A stretch of 64,000 nucleotides of DNA. Source: Macrostomum hystrix (Eukaryota > Animalia > Platyhelminthes). The DNA lies in NCBI GenBank assembly GCA_950097015.1, contig CATNEN010000011.1, positions 5,642,001 to 5,706,000 of the forward strand, read 5' to 3'. Below are positions 37,664 through 48,400 of this stretch, piece after piece. How positions within the stretch are numbered: the first letter of the stretch is position 1; the number at the start of each line of letters is the position of its first letter. Position numbers and translations under genes: made by a program. Below the pieces are notes generated by a model. The model was not told the DNA's origin. It worked only from the letters and a program-made list of their open reading frames with translations, and did not search any database.

Positions 37664-40600
37664 CTTTTGGCCTGTTCTTCACTCAGCTTTTTGTCTATGC
37701 CATCTACCGCCAGCCAAGATATCGCGATTATTGTTTCTGCTGCATTTGTTGCATTGCTTAGCATTGTCGTTTGCTCTTGTGTGTTTTCCTCCTCAAAATC
37801 GGTTACTTTGCCTGTTCGTTTTTTATCGGATTTTTTCTTTTTCTTCGTAATTATTTGGAGTGCCTGGCTTAGTTGGTTCTTCTGATCGCTGTCGAGTTCA
37901 TTTATTGGGGTGTCTTCTATACTTTGAATAGTGTCCTGAATTTTGGATCGTTCAATCTTAGTTAGGCCGCTTGTTTCCACTGCAAGTATTTTTTTTGTGG
38001 CTTGGATTGCTTCGGCTAAAGCATTTTCATCGTCAGGTGATATTGGCTCTTCTGAGCTGTTTTTCTTTCGGAGGACCTCTGCTCCGTCCTTGATGGTTTC
38101 ACGCGTCTGCTCGTCGAGGCCTGCTTTTTCTGCCGCGCTTTTTTCTAATGGCGCAGCGCGTGCCTTTCTCTCCAAGAATTGGCGCAGAAGCTTAAGTTCG
38201 GTCAAAGTGAAGTTTGTGAACTTGCCTTCTGCCATGCAGCCTTTTAGGTTCGCTAGGATTCCTTGTAGGTCACTGTTGTCGTGCGTCTTGTCACTCTCGA
38301 CAAGAGTTACAATGCACTGCGATAGCTTTGCGATGCGGCTGTAGTCCTTCATTGCTATGAACCGGTTAATGAATTGAAGCTCTCCAAGCAGCCAGATGCT
38401 CAGATCAGCATTCTGTGTGTCATGAACGTTGTCGTGTATTATGTCAGCAATTTTAGCAAGTGAACTAATTTCCTCTCTTGAGAATCTTGCGCCCTTCTCT
38501 TTTTGCTGCAGGCCTTTCATCACTGTGAGCGCTCTCACGGTCTCAAGCCCTGTAAGGCCGAGATCAGTTGGCGAGTCCCGGAGAGACTTAAGCAGTGTAT
38601 TGAAATTGGTCGAAAGGCGTGTTGAGTCCTCTCTGCTTATATCTTTGCGAGGCTTGATGTCCGTTACAAGCATGTCCTGAATGCTAGTAATCGCTTTCAT
38701 GGCTTTGTCGTACATCGCCATTCTGCGGTCCACGGGATTGCGGAAGACGCGAGATCTGTTCGAAACCTGATCAAGCATGTGCGACAGGGTGCGGTTGTCA
38801 GTCCGATTGCGAAATTCGTTGCGACGGACGCGCCGGAGCTGCTGCTTGAGCTTGCTCTGCATTGGAATCGCCAGGTTCATGCTGCCGGTGGCTCGCCTTA
38901 GGTAGTCGCAGCACTCGTGGAGCACCATCTTTTCGGTGTCACCATGATGCTCAAAGTCCAGTAAGGTTTTAGTAGAAGCGATGGCCAGCTTGACGGATCT
39001 CTCGTCGATCGTGATGTCATCCACTTGTACTCGGTTCAATGTTGCAACACCTCTCAAAATTGTGTCACTCTCTGTCATGTCGATGTACCGATCGTCATCA
39101 GCTCTATTTAGCACTGATTGAATGGCGTCCAATGTTGAAACCATTATTGTTCGATCGTACGGTCCAGGAACTTTATTCATTACGGCTTCTATAATTACTT
39201 TCAGTTTAGTCAAATTGCGCATGTCATCATCTGTTGGAGTGATCGGTGTCGTGTAGATTTCGCTGCCCCTGTCTCTGAGAAGAACTTCCAACTGTTGCAA
39301 GAAGTAGCGGTCCCTAAAGGACAGATTCGCAACATCCGACACGCTTGGCGGTCGAGCAGAAGCCACGTACTCTTTGAGTTCACTAACCATTTCAGTGGAA
39401 ACCTTGGCGCACTTATCATTTTCAGCCAGTTGTTCGACATGGGTGCGAAAAGTCTCCAACTTTCGTGTCGGCATGTCGATGCGAAAGTGCAGCGCGTAAT
39501 GCAGCTTTCGCACCTCGTCGCGAGGCAAGAAAATATAATCTCGCTGAGAATTGTGCAGCTTAAATAGTTCCAGCAGGATGTCAGCAATGCGCTGGTTCGA
39601 CTGCTGCATTAGCCGAGACACGCGCACTCGATTGGCTTCGTCCAGAATCTCGATGACACTGGATAGGAAAGTCTCTGGGTCCAGAATGTTGTGCGAAACA
39701 GCACTGCACAAGCGTTCTATGCAGTAGCTGTTTAGCGGCGACAAGCTAATCTGATTTGAGTGATCTTTCTTAGTGAGGATCGCTAGACGGCGGGTAATAT
39801 CGAGAACTGCGTTGTTCAAGGCTGCCTCGCCGTCAGGTGTTTTGCAGGCTTCATAGCAGAGGCGCATCTCACACACAAGCTGTGAGACGTCAATGCCTAA
39901 TCGTTCGTCCATTTCAACAACCTGATTGGCGATAGAATCATGAAGACTTACAGCCAACTCGGTCAAGGCAATGAGAAGTGGATCAACTTCGCCGCCAACA
40001 GCGCCCTGGGGCTCCTTCGATGCCAGCTCGAGCAGTTCTTCGGCAGCACGCAGCCGCTCAGGTAGCTCGCTGTTTGGCTGTAATCCAGCTTCCAACGCTA
40101 CTTGGGTCATCTGAACAAGGTTATCTAGCATAGTTGGGAAGTCAGCATCTAAAGGTGGTTCCTCGTAAATCAGGGCGATGTCGCGCAACTTGTACAGCTG
40201 TTGGCGAAGAGCGTCTAACTGCTGCGAAGCGTCAGTCGGACGCGGCGGTGCATTAATATTGCGCTCGTAGGTGTCTAAAATTTCTACAGGCGGTGGTCCG
40301 CCAACGACAGCCGGCTGAAGACGCCGCTGTTGCCTGGCCGAGCTTATCGCCGAGTCATTCAGCGAGTTGCTTGCTTGCCGGGCTGGCTGGGACAAGTCAC
40401 GATTGATCCTTCTAAGAAGTACTTCAGCCATGTACTCCTTACCGAATTTATCGATTCCAGGAAATCGCACAACATCCCAGAGATTGTAACGCTCTTCGTC
40501 ACTGAGTTCAACCAGACGGAGAAGAGTCGACAGTAGCTCAGAGATGTCCATCTCCAACAAGTGACGACGGATGTCATCAGAATGCACCGTTAACAGCTGC

Positions 40601-42449
40601 TCACGAAGCTCCTCGCGCGGGCAAGTAGCCGCAGCAGCTGGGCTTAACACCGATGGAGCAACAATTACGATGCTTGGAAGCAGCATTGCCCCGTCGACCT
40701 CAGCTAGGTCTAGCTTAGGCTCATCAGCAGGCTGTGACGCTACAGTTACCGCGAATTTCGGAATTCGCAAGAATTCAAACCGTTCTCCAAGATCATATGC
40801 TTTGCCCAGCTCACTATGAGGAAGCTCAGACTCTAGGCAGAAGCCTTTCTCCGTGAGTCGGTGCCGGCCGTCCTTCGATGCGTCGAAAACTATTTCGGTG
40901 CGCAGAGTTCGCATGTTCGTATCCACAACGTCCAAAGTCGTGCACGTGATCGATGGGCCGAGCGTCACCTTGTGCATTGCTCGGGTTGCGACTCTGCGAG
41001 CTGCTACCTTTTTCTGGCCCAGCGGCCGCACAGAGTGAATCAGCTGAAACTTCGGCGCATCATCGCCAGTTTCGTTATTCTCTCCAGCCAGCTTTGAAGC
41101 GTCCAAAGCTGGCAGAATCACTGGAACGAATGAGCTTTGATTTTCTTTTGAATTGGCAGGAGTTACTGGCGGCGATCTTGGCGGCGAAGGTGAAGCCGGC
41201 TTGGCGAAAGTGGCTTGAAGTAAAGTCGAAGAGAAGCCCAACTGTGGCTGAGAAACTTCACTAACAGGATCTTGCCGGTTCTCAACGGTTACTATTTCTG
41301 TCGCTTCAGCCCTGTAGCTGTACTCGAGGTTGCGAGTTTCAGCACGACGCTTTTGCCGACTTCGCTCGGCGGCCGCAATCTCCAGCTCGTCTGGCGGCGG
41401 CTCGTCCACAATTAGCAGGGCTTCCTCGCTGCGTCGCAGGCGCTGCCGCTCTTGCATTTGTCGGCGCCGCTCGCGCACATTCTCCATGCGCAGATCCTGA
41501 TGAGATATAGCTCCGGCCGGCCTCATTAGTTGGAGTCGATCGCGGCGTAGATCGCTAGTCGCCGGCTGTTCGCTAAGTGTCTGATGCACCTTGGCAACCA
41601 GATCAGCAATCGAGCTGCCGCCAGAGGCTCCAGTAGCGGCCGAATTGCGACGAAACGGCGATGGCGAGGAGGCAGTCTCAATAAGTGGCGCAACGTGAGG
41701 CGGCGGGCGTGGCCTCTGACTGGGCAGATTTTCTAGGATCTCGCTGATGCGCTGGTGCCTCTCAGCAACCGTGCCAAGGCCCAGTCGAGGCGCGCTTGCG
41801 TAGCGCATCCTGTACTGCTCGATGCCATCCTGATCGCCAGTGACCAGGGCTGTAGCACCCCTTTGAAAGATGCCACGCGGGTCTTGAATCTCGTAGTCGC
41901 CGCTGGACGAGCCGCCAGACGAGCGGGCCGCTTGCGCCACGCTGCTTGGTGGAGCCGGCGGTGTTGGATGGATGGCATTTCCCGGCCAGGCGGACCGCTT
42001 TACCTCGAAGTCGGACGCGCTTAGCGTCGGCATTGACGTCGCCTGTTCGATTGGCGACACGCATGCGTCTCGTCGCTCTGGGAGCTGCTGCTGATGCTGC
42101 GGCTGGGTCGACTCAAACACAGAGCTTGCCGCCGACCAGCGCAACTGACTGTGGCTGCTCTGCCTGTTGGCCGCTGTGCTAGACGATGACGATGACGATG
42201 ACGACTCGCTCGAGTGTCGTCGCCGCGACCCTTTGGCCTGCTGCTTCTGCCGCTGCTGCTCCGACTGCGGCTGCGGTTGTTCATGCGATGCGGGGCGCTT
42301 TGGTCGCAGCTTCACCGAAGGCGGTCGCTGGCCGCCCGCTTCCGCTAACGAGGCCGACGATGGGCCGGTATTAACTCGCTTGTGGATTCGGGCCGGCGGT
42401 GGCTGCTGCTGCTGCATGCCGGCCAATGCTGATGGACTCTTTGAGTCGC
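1..42449 (-). CDS. Giant exon (>=42.4 kb): about 1270 aa unique, diverged repeat unit, about 40 x 313-aa repeats. Open to the window edge apart from six +1 insertions.
   Basis: Acceptor tctctctcctttgtacag|GC GAC in phase 1 leads into the 8106-aa ORF (18106-42426). Further ORF pieces (14349-18284, 13895-14527, 13180-13974, 12921-13265, 11813-12907) continue the same repeat. Positions 1-11955 repeat the same stop-free unit. Confidence 0.85.
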
Positions 42450-45400
42450 CTGTACAAAGGAGAGAGATGACTGCGAATGAAGTTCTACGAGTATGATGAC
42501 CGTGAATTTATGCACTGTAGGCAACACAATCACACTAGTTAATATCAATCAATCAAGGGGTTGGAGCCTACTGGTTTGAGCGTCGGACTCACGAGTTGAA
42601 GGTCCAGGGTTCGATTCCCGACTGCACTGGAACAATTAGTGTCCTTTAGCAAGACACTTAACTCTACATTACTTTAGTTAACTCAGTTGTTAAATGGCTG
42701 CCAGCATCATCTGGAGTAGTTGAGGGTTGGTGTGGCGTCCCCCCCCAGTCTATGGACTGAACATGCGGCTGTGGGGTCGGCTGCATTTCTGGCCGAGTTG
42801 GGGTAGGTAATAAATAATTACAATTATCATCATTTTTACTAATTTACGCAGCTACAATATGAATTAATTGGAGTGTGCTTTGCATGGTCAAGCCGACCAA
42901 TATACACTCGCAGTAAAAATTAATTTGCCTTCAACTTAAACTCTAAAAAGAGAATTACAGTGACAGACAAAGAACGAATGAAGGCATTAGAAATACTCAA
43001 CACGGGTATCCTAGGTCAACCTGACCCGAGCGGCTGCGTAGAGCTTAGAGAAAGAAATCGAGATCCCCCACCTCAGAGTTGGCACACAGACCCGCAGTCA
43101 CTAAAACAGGCATAAGCACAACACACAATGAGATCAGAGCCACATTCCGTTTGTATTCGAAGGCACGTTGGAAAGAAAACAATTGATTTACACTGTTAAA
43201 CTTTAGTCTCTAATAAAAAAACTTATTTTTACTCATTTAGATACAAATTGATTTCAATGCAGTCGCACGGTAGAAAATAATGATATAATTGCAGGAGAAC
43301 TGCGGGCAATGGCCCATCATTCGGTAACACTAGACTCGCAGCCAGCTAGTAGGCCCATTCTACCAATTTCGCTGACTCCTGAGCACACACACATATATAC
43401 TGTACACAGGCACACTGTAAGCCTTGCAAATACGCTTCAGAACATTGTATTTGCATGGCTCACATGATTCGCGTACACGACGAGGCGTCCGTGGATCGAT
43501 ACGGCCCAGGAATGTGAGGAAGAAGTTCGGCGAGCGTTCGCTGGGGAGCGTGTGCGTGTGGGACAAAGAAACAGCTGCCCCTGTGTTAGCAATCTCCCAG
43601 CGTTTCTCCCTCTCTCCCCATTCTGCCTCTGTTGTGCGCGCTGCTTGAATTTAAATACACTGGAAGCGAGATCGGCAGAGCTTCGCTGCCGCTTTTCATG
43701 TGACTCCGGAGTCCACACAGAAACGGGCCTCTGGCCCGTGGAGCGTTTATCTCTCTGTTGCTGTGGCAGAAGGTAACAGGAAGGCAAAACTTTCCTGTTA
43801 TACACACGCTCACACAGGTGTGTACATCTGCCATTACTTTCTCATCGTCAGGCAGTGTACACTCTCACTGTGCCTTGGAGGTACTTTAATTAGCTGTAAT
43901 TTTAGCCGGAAATCACATTGAAATTACCTCGTCGGCGCCGGAGAAATAAATCTGTCACTGCCACAGCCAAAGCAGGCAGCAGAGGTCTCACACTGCGACC
44001 GGCGAGTGTGATTAAGGAGGCCGCATTTCTGTGCGACATGACACGAAATTAATTCCACGCGAATGGAATATTGTATTGGGCCTTTAAAAAATAGAAGAAA
44101 ATGTACATCAGCTCTCTTCAGTCACATTTTTACTGCTTCAGTTTTTTTCGCTGTTATCTAATTCGCCACAGACAACTGTTAGCATGCACTGTTCACAGTG
44201 CAAAACTTCTCGGCTAGACTCACTTTCTATGCATTCCGTGCCTCACGATTGAGTACATTGCATTACAGCAAAATGGCTCAGTGAAAATTAGCTATCTAGA
44301 TCTAAACGCGCTTGAACTGAGAAGGACTGAGATTGTCGAAATATCTTTGAGAATGCTCAGCATTTTAGTGCAGAGCAGTACTGAATAACTAAAACATGCA
44401 GATGACACTTTAGCTGAATCTCGGTGAAGGATCAGGAATAATGGAGGATAAGTATCCTCAGTGAAAGATCAGGGATAATGGAGGATAAGTATCCTCAGTG
44501 AAGGATCAGGGATAATGGAGGATAAGTATCCTCAGTGAAGGATCAGGAATAATGGAGGATAAGTATCCTCAGTGAAAGATCAGGGATAATGGAGGGTAAG
44601 TATCCTCAGTGAAGGATCAGGAATAATGGAGGATAAGTATCCTCAGTGAAAGATCAGGGATAATGGAGGATAAGTATCCTCAGTGAAGGATCAGGAATAA
44701 TGGAGGATAAGTATCCTCAGTGAAGGATCAGGGATAATGGAGGATAAGTATCCTCAGTGAAAGATCAGGGATAATGGAGGGTAAGTATCCTCAGTGAAAG
44801 ATCAGGGATAATGGAGGATAAGTATCCTCAGTGAAGGATCAGGGACAATGGAGGGTAAGTATCCTCAGTGAAGGATCAGGAATAATGGAGGGTAAGTATC
44901 CTCAGTGAAGGATCAGGGATAATGGAGGATAAGTATCCTCAGTGAAAGATCAGGGATAATGGAGGATAAGTATCCTCAGTGAAGGATCAGGGATAATGGA
45001 GGATAAGTATCCTCAGTGAAGGATCAGGGACAATGGAGGGTAAGTATCCTCAGTGAAGGATCAGGGATAATGGAGGATAAGTATCCTCAGTGAAGGATCA
45101 GGGACAATGGAGGGTAAGTATCCTCAGTGAAGGATCAGGGATAATGGAGGATAAGTATCCTCAGTGAAAGATCAGGGACAATGGAGGATAAGTATCCTCA
45201 GTGAAGGATCAGGGACAATGGAGGGTAAGTATCCTCAGTGAAGGATCAGGGATAATGGAGGATAAGTATCCTCAGTGAAAGATCAGGGACAATGGAGGAT
45301 AAGTATCCTCAGTGAAAGATCAGGGATAATGGAGGATAAGTATCCTCAGTGAAGGATCAGGGATAATGGAGGATAAGTATCCTCAGTGAAGGATCAGGGA

Positions 45401-48400
45401 TAATGGAGGATAAGTATCCTCAGTGAAGGATCAGGGACAATGGAGGGTAAGTATCCTCAGTGAAGGATCAGGGACAATGGAGGGTAAGTATCCTCAGTGA
45501 AGGATCAGGGACAATGGAGGATAAGTATCCTCAGTGAAAGATCAGGGATAATGGAGGGTAAGTATCCTCAGTGAAGGATCAGGGATAATGGAGGATAAGT
45601 ATCCTCAGTGAAGGATCAGGGACAATGGAGGGTAAGTATCCTCAGTGAAGGATCAGGGGTAATGGAGGATAAGCTATGACACCTCAGTGAAGGATCAGGG
45701 GTAATTGAGGATAAGCTATGACACCTCAGTGATGGATCAGGGGTAATGGAGGATAAGCTATGACACCTCAGTGATGGATCAGGGGTAATGGAGGATAAGC
45801 TATGACACCTCAGTGATGGATCAGGGGTAATGGAGGTTAAGCTATGACACCTCAGTGATGGATCAGGGGTAATGGAGGTTAAGCTATGACACCTCAGTGA
45901 AGGATCAGGGGTAATGGAGGATAAGCTATGACACCTCAGTGATGGATCAGGGGTAATGGAGGTTAAGCTATGACACCTCAGTGAAGGATCAGGGGTAATG
46001 GAGGTTAAGCTATGACACCTCAGTGAAGGATCAGGGGTAATGGAGGTTAAGCTATGACACCTCAGTGATGGATCAGGGGTAATGGAGGTTAAGCTATGAC
46101 ACCTCAGTGATGGATCAGGGGTAATGGAGGTTAAGCTATGACACCTCAGTGAAGGATCAGGGGTAATGGAGGATAAGCTATGACACCTCAGTGAAGGATC
46201 AGGGGTAATGGAGGATAAGCTATGACACCTCAGTGATGGATCAGGGGTAATGGAGGATAAGCTATGACACCTCAGTGATGGATCAGGGGTAATGGAGGTT
46301 AAGCTATGACACCTCAGTGAAGGATCAGGGGTAATGGAGGATAAGCTATGACACCTCAGTGAAGGATCAGGGGTAATGGAGGTTAAGCTATGACACCTCA
46401 GTGAAGCACTATATGACCACAAACGATCGATTCACCTATGTCACCTGTTGTTGTCGGCGCGAATCGGACACGTTTAACTGGCAAATTGTAGCGCTTGCAG
46501 CGGCAGCGGCGGCAGCAAATGCTGTTGGTATCCTTTTTAACTAGATAGAACTTTTTCATGGGACTCTTAATTTTGGCTTTTCGTTTTGTGTCAAGGTCAC
46601 ATCATATACACTCAGAAATATCCAGTCGCTGCTATACATAATTCGACATTTATGTGAAGTCTGCGGCACCTAAATGCTCCAATAGTGGTTCCCTCATGCA
46701 TTATGCATTAAAAATTATAGAACCAAACCAACGGAAGACTGTCGGCGAGGTTGGCTGTTTGACGTTGTCATGACAACACAAAGAGAGGCCAAGAGAGGCT
46801 AAAACGTTTTTTTGCGATAGAGACTGCAATTACGAAGCTTAATAACAAGCTCTTTACTTTCATTAAACTCTTTACTCGCATATGGTGTAATTTCTCGTAA
46901 ATTTGTCGTAATCGCTTTGAAATTATGATTTTTATACGAAGCACCTTAGAAAGTTAGGACAAATCAAACACACTTAAAGGTGTAATGATCAATAAAATAC
47001 ACTAGATCAAAATTGAGCCATTATAAGGCTTCAGCAACGTATTATGGTATAAACGATCACTCAGCGATAATGGCATGTCTATGGCACAAACTGCGCCAAT
47101 CCGCCATGAACCAGAAGCTGACAAAATTTGGACGCTTATATTTGTTTCTTTTAATTATCAATTAAAGTATTTTACCAACCGGTAAAAGCATTATAAGGCT
47201 TCAGGCCATAGACAAATCAACTCCCCCTATAACGCCGTTGCTTGTCGACCGACAGCCGCCAGATAGCGGCTGTTGATTTGTCTTTGATTTGTAGGGGGAG
47301 TTGATTTGTCTATGGCCTGAAGCCTTATAATGCTTTTACCGGTTGGCTGCCTCGCAGTTAATGGCGATTACGATCTCGGCGCTACGCGCCTCGATCGACC
47401 GCCATTAACTTGCTCGGCACCCAACCGGTAAAGTTCCATTATTCCATTGAGCCAAAATTGAGTCAAGATCAAGGTAGCTAATGAACCATTAAAATACCTT
47501 AGATCAATAATGAACCATTAAAATACCTTAGATCAATAATGAACCATTAAAATACCCTAGATCGATAATGAACCATTAAAATAGCCTAGATCGATAATGA
47601 ACCATTAAAAAACCCTAGATCGATAATGAACCATTAAAATACCCTAGATCAATAATGAATCATTAAAAAACCCTGGATCGATAATGAACCATTATAAAAC
47701 CCTAGATCAATAATGAACCATTAAAATACCCTAGATCGATAATGAACCATTAAAATAGCCTAGATCGATAATGAACCATTAAAAAGCCCTAGATCGATAA
47801 TGAACCATTAAAAAACCCTAGATCGATAATGAACTATTAAAAAACCCTAGATCAATAATGAACCATTAAAAAACCCTAGATCAATAATGAACCATTAAAA
47901 TAGCCTAGATCAATAATGAACCATTAAAAAACCCTAGATCGATAATGAACCATTAAAAACCCTAGATCGATAATGAACCATTAAAAACCCTAGATCGATA
48001 ATGAACCATTAAAATACCCTAGATCAATAATGAACCATTAAAATAGCCTAGATCAATAATGAACCATTAAAATAGCCTAGATCAATAATGAACCATTAAA
48101 ATACCCTAGATCAATAATGAACCATTAAAATACCCTAGATCGATAATGAACCATTAAAATACCCTAGATCAATAATGAACCATTACGCTCGTAGAATACC
48201 TTAAATCGATAATGAAAACTCGTAAGAACGAATCATAAAAGTTAAAATCAAATTACAGATGAGCACTTACAAGTAAGAGCAGTTCTAAGTGTGGGTTTTA
48301 ATGTGGCAGTTATAAAAATTCAACAATTTTATACATTCAAGTATGGAATTGATATATATTAAGCTTGAAGATGCTAATTGTGCCAAAGGCGCCAAAAGCT

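Noticed and set aside
162-37885. Recurring 66-158-aa ORFs on both strands (MPFAVSAS..., MPSCFFSA..., MRLERSHL..., MRSMTCSL...)
   Set aside because: These are antisense or alternative-frame shadows of the 939-bp coding repeat. They recur only because the unit recurs and have S/A/F- or R-biased shadow composition.
42345-42548. ATG/TTG start for a stand-alone 8106-aa gene
   Set aside because: The ORF-track start is a TTG 23 nt downstream of a strong polypyrimidine acceptor whose phase matches the upstream exon. An internal exon is the simpler reading.
45616-46422. 268-aa ORF ([14 protein letters not shown])n
   Set aside because: It is the translation of a 42-bp intronic minisatellite. It is not needed for exon phase and has no credible splice sites.
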